Of a DNA stretch of 64,000 bases, positions 10,568-20,046 are shown piece after piece. Position 1 is the first letter of the stretch; every line of letters starts with the position of its first letter. Position numbers and translations under genes: made by a program. The notes under the pieces were generated by a model, which was not told the origin of the DNA, did no database searches, and worked only from the letters and a program-made list of their open reading frames with translations. This DNA is from an uncultured archaeon (GTDB lineage Archaea; Asgardarchaeota; Lokiarchaeia; Sigyniarchaeales; SOKP01), in contig CAZALK010000016.1 in assembly GCA_964486045.1 (NCBI GenBank), positions 1 through 64,000 on the forward strand, read 5' to 3'.

Positions 10568-11420
10568 ACGTTATTCACTTGATGAATTATTAAATATTGC
10601 AATTGCCCGGGAAATCCGTGATTATGAGAATGTTGTTATAGGTGCAGGTATACCTGTGACAGCATGTGTATTAGCGAAAGGTCTACATGCCAAAAATGCT
10701 ATTTTAATAACGGAATCTGGTATGCTAGGATTTGATCCGTTAATTCCCGTAAAGGGAATCGCAGACGTAGAGGCTTGTAGAGGGTTTTCTTATTCTACAG
10801 ATTTGTTTTCTATATTTACAGCTCATGCCTATCGTGGATTTGTGGATTCCTGCTTCCTCGGTTGTGGACAGGTTGATAAGTTTGGGAATGTTAATTCTAC
10901 AGTAATAGGCGATTATGATAATTTTGAAAGACGACTTCCAGGTTCGGGAGGGGCTGCTGATTTTATTTCTTATGCTAAACGGACGATATTAACTATAAAT
11001 AAGGGTCAATTTGTGAACAAACTTGATTATTTTACATCTCCAGGATATTTAGAGGGAGGTGATAGCAGAGATAATTCGGGTCATTTTTTGAAAGGAAGTG
11101 GTCCATGCACACTCATAAGTAGAAAGGGTATTTTTAAATTTGATCCTGTAACTAAAGAGATGTTTCTTGCTCACAATCATCCTGGAATTACTGTTGAAGA
11201 CATTAAAAAAGATATTCCATGGGAGTTAAAAGTATCTCCAAATTTAAAGGAAACACAACCTCCCAGTGATGAAGAATTAGAATTCACGAGAAGATTCAAT
11301 CCTGCCAAATCAATCGGTCTGAAAGCTACTAACAGACTTATTAATAGGATAAGATACCCGAAGCTTCCGGAAAAAGGTGTAGCTTTTCTAAATGATTTAC
11401 GGAGTAAATTCTTTTCATAA
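10560..11420 (+). CDS. Family I CoA-transferase, subunit B (GctB-like)
   Basis: Catalytic TESG, GQVDKFGNVNST, RLPGSGGA; ATG 10560 behind AAGGAGG. Confidence 0.9.
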   Translation: MGKRYSLDELLNIAIAREIRDYENVVIGAGIPVTACVLAKGLHAKNAILITESGMLGFDPLIPVKGIADVEACRGFSYSTDLFSIFTAHAYRGFVDSCFLGCGQVDKFGNVNSTVIGDYDNFERRLPGSGGAADFISYAKRTILTINKGQFVNKLDYFTSPGYLEGGDSRDNSGHFLKGSGPCTLISRKGIFKFDPVTKEMFLAHNHPGITVEDIKKDIPWELKVSPNLKETQPPSDEELEFTRRFNPAKSIGLKATNRLINRIRYPKLPEKGVAFLNDLRSKFFS

Positions 11421-11468
11421 ATTTGAGAGGACATAAAAAAAAGATCAGCTATAACCCTACTTCACGGT

Positions 11469-12761
11469 CTACTTGTACACGACATCCACTATATGGGCAC
11501 TGCAACTGATGCACGGATCATAGGCTCGTGCTATCATTTCAAATTCAAGCTCAATATTGTCTATCTGATTCTTTCCCAAAAGTGTGTTACCGCTTGTTCG
11601 AATGAACTCTTCAATATCATCAAGGAACATAGAGGTTGGTGTTATGATGTCGGCTGCAGAGATAAGACCATTTTGGATCTTATAATGATGAATCAAGGTT
11701 CCGCGAGGAGCTTCAATCGCTCCTGTCCCAGTGCCTGTATCCTGTGTAGGTTTAACAATTTCCGGTTTAGCAAGGGTAAGGAGTTCATCTATAATTTCTA
11801 TAATCCGTTCCAATGAATGGATTTGCTCGATTGCTTGTGAATGATTGTTGAATAAGGGGTTTCGACGCCATCTTTCATTGACAATTTTGTCATGAGCTTC
11901 CTTCGCTTTACCTTGGAGTCTATCACCTAGAAGTAGGATTCTTGCGAGAGCTCCAACGGTAAATGGCTTGTTCTTGTATCGTCCTCGCTTAGCAAAGCTA
12001 TGGCTGACAACTCGCTCCTTGATTACTGAAGCATAACTCTCAACGGGGTGCTCCTCACCGTCAGAAGTGATGAGTATATCACCATAAAAACCATACTTGT
12101 CATGGGGAGGTTTACAGCAGAGGAATTGAGTTTCTCTCTCCATATGATCGGGAATCTCGAGTCCTGCAAGAAGGTCGATCGTTTCAATAGCAAACGGAAG
12201 CAATTTCAAGGCCTCTTCTTTTATCTTGGTAAGCATTTCCTTTGTTGGGAGTTTCCCAAATCCCCCAAGGATCGGGTTCTCACCGTGCATCATCCGTCCA
12301 GCCATCATCCTCATAACCTTGTTACTGAATTTTTTAAGTTGTAAAGCCTTTTCAACAATGTCTCCATACTTATCGGTCATTGCAAAAGCATTATCGTATC
12401 CTAAGAAGTCTGGTAGTGCAAGGAAGTAAAGATGTAAGCTGTGACTTTCAATAATCTCACCAAGAAGCATAAGTTGGCGATACAGTTTAGTTGTTGAACC
12501 AACCTTAATACCTAAAGCTTTCTCTAGACCTCGGAGAGCTGCATACTTGTGAGAGAGATTACAGATAGCGCAGATTCGAGGTACAATGCTGAGGTCTTCC
12601 TGAGGGGTTCTACCTACAACAAGGGTTTCGAATAGTCTTGGTCCCTCAAGAATCCGGACTTCAACATTGCTGATTTTGTTGTCTTCAATTTCTACTTTGA
12701 TACCGCCATGGCCTTCGACTCTGGCTAAAGTTTCTATGCTGATCTCCTTCTTATTTGACAT
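11469..12761 (-). CDS. hydA: Group 3b [NiFe] hydrogenase (sulfhydrogenase) large/alpha subunit
   Basis: ARVEGHG, L1 PRICAICNLSH, EAPRGTLIHHY, L2 YDPCISCSAH plus short cleavable tail; start ATG 12761. Confidence 0.95.
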   Translation of the reverse strand: MSNKKEISIETLARVEGHGGIKVEIEDNKISNVEVRILEGPRLFETLVVGRTPQEDLSIVPRICAICNLSHKYAALRGLEKALGIKVGSTTKLYRQLMLLGEIIESHSLHLYFLALPDFLGYDNAFAMTDKYGDIVEKALQLKKFSNKVMRMMAGRMMHGENPILGGFGKLPTKEMLTKIKEEALKLLPFAIETIDLLAGLEIPDHMERETQFLCCKPPHDKYGFYGDILITSDGEEHPVESYASVIKERVVSHSFAKRGRYKNKPFTVGALARILLLGDRLQGKAKEAHDKIVNERWRRNPLFNNHSQAIEQIHSLERIIEIIDELLTLAKPEIVKPTQDTGTGTGAIEAPRGTLIHHYKIQNGLISAADIITPTSMFLDDIEEFIRTSGNTLLGKNQIDNIELEFEMIARAYDPCISCSAHIVDVVYK

Positions 12762-12762
12762 G

Positions 12763-13557
12763 TCATTTTCCTCCCTTCTCAATGAATTTGAGGATTTTGT
12801 GTCCTCCATATCCTCTGATTAATCTTAAAATTTCCTCTCTTGACTTTCCAAAACTTTCTAAGAATTCAAGATGGTAGTCAAAGTTACCATCTTCATTTGG
12901 TCCCCAACATCCTACACACGGAATTCCATGATTAGGACAAGCTGAACCACATCCACCGACGGTCAAGGGACCTATGCATTCTATCTTATCAAGCAATAGA
13001 CAACGGTTCTCATTGAGCTTACATTCATGACATACGGGGTGAAGGTAAGGTTCTGGTATTGTTCTATGTATGAGTCTTGAGATCAGAGCGAAAGCCTGTG
13101 GAGCACTGATGGGACAGCCAGGGAGATAGTAATCTACCTCAACAAACCTATCAACAGGTTGAGCTTCTATAGGATCTGTTAAAAATTTGACATCGCCATA
13201 TACCTTTTTCAATCGTTCCTCAAACTTACCATCTCCGGTGCACATTGCTTGAGGTCCGCCATTTACAGCACAATTGCCTATTGCTACTAAAATTTTTGTC
13301 CTTTTTCTTATTTCGAGAATATGCTCTTTCTGCTCTTCTGTACTGACACTTCCTTCTATGAATGCAACATCGAGTTCCCCTTCTATAGGATTACTTGAAG
13401 CCATCGTAAAAGAACTAAATTCTACTGAATTAAATAAATTGAGAAGTTGATCCTCGGTATGAATAATGAGAAGTTGATCCCCTGCACATCCAGTGAAGCC
13501 ATAGATACCCACTTTCGGTCTTACTGAGGGCTCTTCGGTTCCAATAGCTTTTTCCAT
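12763..13557 (-). CDS. hydD: Group 3b hydrogenase small/delta subunit
   Basis: GCAGD, EGSVS, AIGNCA, LPGCP, VCHEC, CIGP, CPNHGIPCVGCWG. Confidence 0.93.
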   Translation of the reverse strand: MEKAIGTEEPSVRPKVGIYGFTGCAGDQLLIIHTEDQLLNLFNSVEFSSFTMASSNPIEGELDVAFIEGSVSTEEQKEHILEIRKRTKILVAIGNCAVNGGPQAMCTGDGKFEERLKKVYGDVKFLTDPIEAQPVDRFVEVDYYLPGCPISAPQAFALISRLIHRTIPEPYLHPVCHECKLNENRCLLLDKIECIGPLTVGGCGSACPNHGIPCVGCWGPNEDGNFDYHLEFLESFGKSREEILRLIRGYGGHKILKFIEKGGK

Positions 13558-13558
13558 T

Positions 13559-14407
13559 TTATATCAACTCCCTAAAGTGCAATGTATCCCAGTAAGTGAA
13601 TACTGGACCATCCATACAAGTATAAAGATGTTCAATAGCACAATGTCCACATTTTCCAATTCCACATTTCATCCGTCTCTCAAGTGAAAGTTGAATCTGG
13701 TTCTTAGGTATCTTCAGTTTCAGGAATTCATCAATTACAAACTTGTACATAACCGGAGGCCCTACAACAACAGCATTGGTTTCATGCGGATTTATTTTTG
13801 GAAGGTTCTTAAAGAGTGTTGTAACTACACCTACATTTTCAGTCCACTCTGCATTTGAATTATCCACAGTATATAGACACTCAATATCCTCACGTTGTTT
13901 TATTTGGAAGAATTCGGTCTTGAATAGGAACTCATTGGGGTTTCTTGCACCATATAAGAAAAAAACTTTTTTGAATTGGTCTCGATTGTCCAAGACATAG
14001 TACAGGATTGAACGAAGGGGAATGACTCCGAGTCCACCAGCAACGATGATAAGGTCTTTATTAATCATTTGATCCAGTTTGAACCCATTCCCAAAGGGAC
14101 CTCTGATGTAGACTACTTCATTATCTTTCTTCTGAAAAAGAGCATCAGTTAATATTCCAACTTTTCTAACACCTAACTCAAGAATACCAGGGCGACTAGG
14201 TGTGGATGAAATTGAAAAGGGTGACTCCCCAACACCAGGTATTGAGAGCATGATAAACTGACCAGGATTATAAGAGAAAGACATTGCCTTCTTCATGTCA
14301 ATATGCCGAACTTGGAAGAACCTGTGGTTTTTTATAAGATCATAATGTCGAACAATCCTTGCTGCCTTTGGTTTTAACGGATTCTCAACTGTTTCAAGTA
14401 CACTCAT
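13559..14407 (-). CDS. hydG: Group 3b hydrogenase gamma subunit (FAD/NAD(P), 2Fe-2S)
   Basis: PGQF, RGPFGNGF, VAGGLG, ERRMKCGIGKCGHC...CMDGPVF. Confidence 0.93.
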   Translation of the reverse strand: MSVLETVENPLKPKAARIVRHYDLIKNHRFFQVRHIDMKKAMSFSYNPGQFIMLSIPGVGESPFSISSTPSRPGILELGVRKVGILTDALFQKKDNEVVYIRGPFGNGFKLDQMINKDLIIVAGGLGVIPLRSILYYVLDNRDQFKKVFFLYGARNPNEFLFKTEFFQIKQREDIECLYTVDNSNAEWTENVGVVTTLFKNLPKINPHETNAVVVGPPVMYKFVIDEFLKLKIPKNQIQLSLERRMKCGIGKCGHCAIEHLYTCMDGPVFTYWDTLHFRELI

Positions 14408-15444
14408 CTCTTATGCACCTCCTTTGTAATTAGAGCTTCTGAGACTGTAAGGACATTTATATCAACCGGACATGTTTCTACACAACGACCGCACCCTACA
14501 CAACCAGGACGGCCATATTCTTTTCCAAATGTCTTCAATTTGTGCCCATACCAGAGTCTGAGTCTGTCTGCACGGGATTTTCGGAAATTATGTCCTCCTG
14601 ATACAAGACTGTAATCAACAAACATGCAACTATCCCAGTATCTATCTCGGCGTCCTTTTGTTTCATTTGTAACATCAAAGACATCAGTCACATTGTAACA
14701 GTTGCATGTTGGGCAGACCATAGTACATTGACCACATGATATACAAATCTCAGCAAATTTATTCCAGACCTCACTTTCATAGCTGAGTTCCATAATATCA
14801 GGCATGCTATCAAAATCTAAGTCTTTCTTGAACATGTTATTTCGTGAATCCCGCCATTTCACATATTTCTGAAGATCATCATGAGTGACATTCTCATCAA
14901 AAAACTCCTCTTGTTCATAGATCATGTCATGACCTAAGCTTGTACCAACCCAAACCAGATGATACTCACCAAGATTAACAAAAAATAAGTCAAACCCCTC
15001 CTGCACAATATCAGTATCAGTTGAAAAGCATAGTGAGTTTTCAGTAGGAAGGCAAGAAAATCCAACTATGGCAGTGTTCTGTCGTATTTTTGCGTAGTAG
15101 GGGTCAACCGGGTCTCGCATGAAAATATCATCAAGAATTAAGATGCCATGTATCTCACAAGGATGTACTCCTAGCACGACCCTTTTCTCAATCATGGAAT
15201 AGTCTGGAGTAAATCCTTTCTCATCGAAATGCATCATTGTGAATCGCATCGGATGAAAGAGCTTCTTTAGGGGGATCATTGGATGTTCATCAGTGACGAC
15301 AAGGTCTGATATATCTTCAATTCGATCGTAAGACAGTACTCCATTCTTATGTATCGGTCCATATAGAATCCCAAACTTGTTAAGAGTTTCAAGAAACGTA
15401 TTAAGAAACTTTGATTGCATCTTCAATATACGCATGAGTAGCAC
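14404..15444 (-). CDS. hydB: Group 3b hydrogenase beta subunit (2x[4Fe-4S])
   Basis: CISCGQCTMVCPTCNC and CVGCGRCVETCP. Confidence 0.93.
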   Translation of the reverse strand: MLLMRILKMQSKFLNTFLETLNKFGILYGPIHKNGVLSYDRIEDISDLVVTDEHPMIPLKKLFHPMRFTMMHFDEKGFTPDYSMIEKRVVLGVHPCEIHGILILDDIFMRDPVDPYYAKIRQNTAIVGFSCLPTENSLCFSTDTDIVQEGFDLFFVNLGEYHLVWVGTSLGHDMIYEQEEFFDENVTHDDLQKYVKWRDSRNNMFKKDLDFDSMPDIMELSYESEVWNKFAEICISCGQCTMVCPTCNCYNVTDVFDVTNETKGRRDRYWDSCMFVDYSLVSGGHNFRKSRADRLRLWYGHKLKTFGKEYGRPGCVGCGRCVETCPVDINVLTVSEALITKEVHKR

Positions 15445-15633
15445 CTTGCCTATTATCTTGATTTTATGTTACTACTTTGAAATTAAATTGATAGAGTTTT
15501 ATGTATCTTGTTAGAAGCTTATATTATTTAAATGTCTGTTTAATGAATAATTTATGAAGAATTTCATTAGGATTTTTTTTTCCAAAAAGTTAATAGATCC
15601 TCTTAAATATAAAATGTAAGATTTAATGATAAG

Positions 15634-16497
15634 TTGTCTAAACGAATTATGAAATTATTATACGTAACTGATATACATGGGGTAGAGTGGAAACATGAGA
15701 AAATTTTCCATATCGCTTCTAAATTAAAACCTGATGTGGTAATAAATGGTGGCGATATGCTCATCTTTAAAGGAAATTTATTACATCAAGATAAGTTTAT
15801 TACAGAATTTCTTGATGAGTATTTTTCGAGATTTGAATCGTTAGGAATATATTATTTAGGACTTTTAGGAAATGATGATTTGAGAATATTTGACGATTTA
15901 TTTCAGAAAACATGCGATAAATATTCATATATAGTTAATACGGATCAAACGAGGTTCCAAGTTGAGGGTAGTAAATATGAGTTTATAGGTATGAATTGGG
16001 TTTCAGACTTGCCTTTTGGGCTAAAAGATAGGGTACGTAAAGATACACCAGATTTTGAGCATCCTAAACAAATTGGGAAGCAATATCTATCTACTCCAGG
16101 TAAATTCAAAAGACTTGAAGATTGGTTCTCATATGCTGAGACTCTCCCCACTATTGAAGATGAGCTTGGTAATTTAGTAAAACCTTCTAATATGAGCAAT
16201 ACAATCTATATTTTTCATAATCCTCCTGCTAATTTAGGCCTTGATGTAATCTTTAATGGTCAAACAGTGGGATCAAAGGCAGAATATGCGTTTTTGAAGG
16301 AGAATCAGCCGAAACTTTCACTTCATGGACATATACACGAATCTCCTGGCGTTTCAGGTAAATGGCATTCCCAATTAGGTAATACGATATGTATTCAACC
16401 AGGACAATCTCAACAAGATGATAATTCTTTAATTTATGTTTTAATTGACTTAGAGACTATGAATATGGAGCGAAAAGTGATTGAAAAAGACAATTAA
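15634..16497 (+). CDS. Calcineurin-like metallophosphoesterase
   Basis: TDIHG, GGD, GNDD, HNPP, HGHIHE. Confidence 0.9.
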   Translation: MSKRIMKLLYVTDIHGVEWKHEKIFHIASKLKPDVVINGGDMLIFKGNLLHQDKFITEFLDEYFSRFESLGIYYLGLLGNDDLRIFDDLFQKTCDKYSYIVNTDQTRFQVEGSKYEFIGMNWVSDLPFGLKDRVRKDTPDFEHPKQIGKQYLSTPGKFKRLEDWFSYAETLPTIEDELGNLVKPSNMSNTIYIFHNPPANLGLDVIFNGQTVGSKAEYAFLKENQPKLSLHGHIHESPGVSGKWHSQLGNTICIQPGQSQQDDNSLIYVLIDLETMNMERKVIEKDN

Positions 16498-16544
16498 TCG
16501 GGAATAAAAAAATGATGATCTACAAATTATAAAAAAATTTAAAA

Positions 16545-16665
16545 AAAAATGAGTTTAGTAATTTGTAGTAATAAATCCGAAAATGACAAATTGCTATGAC
16601 AATAGCGAGGTAATATCCGGGGATAATAGGATTATGAGGAGGAGGCGCAATGCACCCTAACATGT
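16545..16665 (-). pseudogene. Chimeric gene-end relic: IPGY anchor fragment joined to the 3' end of a paralog of the 23233-23781 gene
   Basis: APPPHNPIIPGYYLAIVIAI, then atttgtcattttcggattt...attactaaactcattttt, which matches the 3' end and UTR at about 23210-23257. Confidence 0.55.
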
Positions 16666-16801
16666 CGTAATACTTATAATACTATTACTAATTCCATAAT
16701 TTAGTCTAATTCTATTATAGCATGTGGAAAAAATTAGAGAAATGTTAAATTTATATTAATGTATTTATTTTAATTATATAAGGGAGAAAAATAATAGATG
16801 A

Positions 16802-18130
16802 GTGGTTCGAGTTGCTATAAAAGAAAAGAACCACGCACATTTTTTAGATTTCCTTAATAATGAATTTATTGATAAAATGTCTGCTTATGATTATTATTTT
16901 AAAGTAGTTCTCATTGGCGATGATACTAAAGGGAAATCATATCTCGCAAGCAATTTCAGTGAGAGTTATTTTGGAACCGATTATAAATATACTATTGGTG
17001 TAGATTTCCATGTTAACATTCTAACCGTGCTCGGGATAACTATGAAGATGCAATTATGGGAATTGTTAAGCAAGGAAAGATTTAAATCTTTAGCTCCAAT
17101 GTATTATCGAGGTGCGATGGGTGCTATAATAGTATTTGATATTTCAAAATCTGATTTTCAAAATGATTTAGAGGATACCATTCAATTAATTAAGGAAAGA
17201 GCAGGTGATATCCCTATAGTATTGCTTACCTTTAAACATCATTCAAAAGAGATTCAGGTCGTTTCAGGAGTAGGAGCGATGTTAACAGCAGCTAATTACA
17301 ACAGCTCATTATTAGCTGAAATTTCTTTAAAACCGAATCAAAATCCAGACGTAATTTTTAACAATTTGGCAGAACATATAATTGAAAGATGTGAGGTTTC
17401 ACCTCCTCCAAGACCATTGGAACGCCCACTCAGTATTAGAACTGATTTTGTAATCAATAAGTACATAAAGCTAAGATTAGAATATGGTAATACAAACATA
17501 TATGTTGGAGGGAGTTTATTTAAGCAATGCAAATATCTTTTGTTAGATATTCCTGTAACCAACGTTAGAGATTATGATGAAATTGAATCAATAGACGAGG
17601 CTGCTGAAAAATTGGATCATTCCATGGAAAGAGGACAACCAAGAAAATATCATATATCTCCTGATATCGAATTTTGGGGCCATTGTTCAAATCTACAGGT
17701 GTGGCATGAGAATGAGTACGACTCTCGTATTTTACACATAAATTTAGCATTCCCATTATTGAGAGCTCTCGTAAAAGTAGGAGATCCTCTTGCTAAAAAA
17801 GTATTCAAAGAAGAAATTGCTCAAAGACTCGCAAGTGGTTATCCCTCAGTGGTAAAGCATTTAATAAATCAAGGTTACTTGGAATATCTTAATAAAGAGG
17901 AACTAAATACCCTTTTGGATGATCGAAATTTTATAAAAAACTTGCCAAAATGGTTTAATGATTTTAAGGATATTCCAAAATGGTTATCAAGAAGAATTAA
18001 AGCGAAATTAAATGATTTGAAATGCCCTTCTTGTGGTTCTAAGATATCACATGCTCTAATTAAAACATTTCTTAAAAGAAATTCAATTAAATGTGAATAC
18101 TGCTTTACAAACGTAATTAAGGAGCTATAA
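16802..18130 (+). CDS. Degenerate Rab-like GTPase fused to a Loki-typical domain and C-terminal zinc finger
   Basis: GDDTKGKS, TIGVDF, YYRGAMG; SIDEAAEKLD...EFWGHCSNLQVW...LAFPLL; CPSC...CEYC. Confidence 0.85.
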   Translation: MVRVAIKEKNHAHFLDFLNNEFIDKMSAYDYYFKVVLIGDDTKGKSYLASNFSESYFGTDYKYTIGVDFHVNILTVLGITMKMQLWELLSKERFKSLAPMYYRGAMGAIIVFDISKSDFQNDLEDTIQLIKERAGDIPIVLLTFKHHSKEIQVVSGVGAMLTAANYNSSLLAEISLKPNQNPDVIFNNLAEHIIERCEVSPPPRPLERPLSIRTDFVINKYIKLRLEYGNTNIYVGGSLFKQCKYLLLDIPVTNVRDYDEIESIDEAAEKLDHSMERGQPRKYHISPDIEFWGHCSNLQVWHENEYDSRILHINLAFPLLRALVKVGDPLAKKVFKEEIAQRLASGYPSVVKHLINQGYLEYLNKEELNTLLDDRNFIKNLPKWFNDFKDIPKWLSRRIKAKLNDLKCPSCGSKISHALIKTFLKRNSIKCEYCFTNVIKEL

Positions 18131-18203
18131 ATAACTGAAATTATAACTCAATCCGAAGACTTTATTCTAATAATTTTTCTTTATTAGTTAATTTTTTCAT
18201 CTT

Positions 18204-19001
18204 TTAATAATTCTCATTTATGTCCATAATAGCCAGTGTTTCTTTTTTGCCATTGAATGCTTCAATATATTCAGGGTCTATTTCAAGCGCATTATCAAAA
18301 CAAATAATAGCATCTTCATAATTTTTTAAGCTCACAAAAGCAATTCCCTTAGCCCACCAAGCTTCTTTAGAATTAGGATCAAGCTCTAATGTCCTATTAT
18401 AGCAATCAATCGATTTTTCAAATTTCCCAAAAAAACTCAAGGCCATTCCTTTCCCGAACCATGCGCTTGAATACTGAGGGTCTATTTCAAGAGCTTTTTC
18501 ATGGTATTCAATTGCCTTTTCAAAGTTTCTTAAAACACCTATTGTCATACCTTTTCTATACCATGCTTCTTTAGATTCAGGGTTAATTTCTAAGGCTTGT
18601 TCATAACATTCCATTGCTTCTTCGAATTTTTCTAAATTGTATAAGGCTATCCCTTTGCTAATCCATGCATCTTCATCCTCTGAGTTCAATTTGAGTACTC
18701 TCTCATAACACTCAATTGCGTGTTTATAATCATTTAACATTCTTAAAGCAAGTCCTTTATTATACCATGCTGCGTCATCGTCGGGGTCAAGCTCCAATAC
18801 ATTCTCAAAGCAATTAATTTCCAGTTCATACTTGCCTAAATTCCTCAAAGCAGATGCTTTATGATACCATACATCAACATCCTCTGGGTTAATTTCAAGT
18901 ACTTTCTCAAAACATTTAATAGCTTCTTCAAATTGCCCTAATTTACTTAGATCTAACCCTTTATCATACCAGTTATTGCTATCAGAAATCTTTTCGTCCA
19001 T
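18204..19001 (-). CDS. Tetratricopeptide repeat protein (about 7 TPRs)
   Basis: 34-aa W-x2-KG...A..C(Y/F)E.ALE(I/L)(N/D)P repeats. Confidence 0.95.
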   Translation of the reverse strand: MDEKISDSNNWYDKGLDLSKLGQFEEAIKCFEKVLEINPEDVDVWYHKASALRNLGKYELEINCFENVLELDPDDDAAWYNKGLALRMLNDYKHAIECYERVLKLNSEDEDAWISKGIALYNLEKFEEAMECYEQALEINPESKEAWYRKGMTIGVLRNFEKAIEYHEKALEIDPQYSSAWFGKGMALSFFGKFEKSIDCYNRTLELDPNSKEAWWAKGIAFVSLKNYEDAIICFDNALEIDPEYIEAFNGKKETLAIMDINENY

Positions 19002-19028
19002 TGAGTTTCCTTAACATTATGATTTTTA

Positions 19029-19093
19029 TAAAAATATATGTTTAAGTGATCTCAATTTTTATCTATAAATTTATTGTAAAAATATATGTTTAA
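19029..19093. repeat. 17-bp direct repeat TAAAAATATATGTTTAA, 2 copies
   Basis: Copies at 19029-19045 and 19077-19093, just upstream of the TPR gene. Confidence 0.7.
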
Positions 19094-19104
19094 AAATTAG
19101 TTTA

Positions 19105-19410
19105 GAGCAAACTTCCCAAAATTCAGCGACTTTAATTACCCATCAAAAGAAAACAACCGCAATTGCAGGTTATGTCTATGATATAAATGGAAATCCGATC
19201 GAGGGGGCTATCGTAGTATTATACCAAAACGGAAACCCTGTCAAATCAATTATTACAGATGAGAACGGATTTTATTATTTCATTGATGTAGCAGTAGGGA
19301 TGTACGAAGTTCATGTCACTGTCGATGGAATGACCGAAATTCAAGTAGCAACAACATCTAAAGATGAGTTGGAAGAATTAGATTTTGTGATTTCTTATGA
19401 AAATCCTTAG
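19105..19410 (+). pseudogene. Orphan 3' fragment with carboxypeptidase-regulatory-like (CarboxypepD_reg) domain
   Basis: TAIAGYVYDINGNPIEGAIVVL...TDENGFYYF...GMYEVHV...; no ATG/GTG/TTG start between the stop at 19066 and the domain. Confidence 0.65.
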
Positions 19411-19575
19411 TCAGTCCTTTTAATTTTACTCTATTTTTTTTTTTTAATTAATTATTTATATGAAATATTTAAATTGTTAATAAGAAGCATTAAATAAAGG
19501 AAAATATTTCCAAAAATGTTATTAGTTATCTATAATCTTTAGATCATAGAATCCAATATAGTTCGCGAAATTAAA

Positions 19576-19983
19576 ATGCCTGAAGAAAAGAATACAACAG
19601 AGAAATTAGAAAAGGTATTAAAAAAATTATTAACAGATAATCCGGATATAACAATTGCAATAATTACTACAGTTGAAGGCCTTCCTATTCTTTCGGTAAT
19701 CCCTCGAGGAGCTAATGAAACAATAATTTCTGCAATGGTAGCAACATTACTTTCTTTATCCGAAAGAGCAGTAATAGAAATGGAGATAGGAAAATTCAAT
19801 CAGTTATATATCAAGGGGGTTGATGGATATTTATTAGTATTCGATGCCACACCCACTGTACTGGCAGTTTCTACTAAGATCAAGGCAAAATTGGGTTTAA
19901 TTTTTTTTGAATGTGAGCGTGCTTCCTTTGAAATTTCAAATATATTGGGAGAAGAAGAAAAGGAACTGGAAGTTTTAAACTGA
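19576..19983 (+). CDS. Roadblock/LC7 domain protein
   Basis: TTVEGLPI, ISAMVATLLSLSERA, KLGLIF. Confidence 0.92.
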   Translation: MPEEKNTTEKLEKVLKKLLTDNPDITIAIITTVEGLPILSVIPRGANETIISAMVATLLSLSERAVIEMEIGKFNQLYIKGVDGYLLVFDATPTVLAVSTKIKAKLGLIFFECERASFEISNILGEEEKELEVLN

Positions 19984-20046
19984 ATGAAAAACTTAGAATT
20001 AAAGAAATTAATTGTGAAAAAACTTTTATAAAAGTAAATAGAAATA

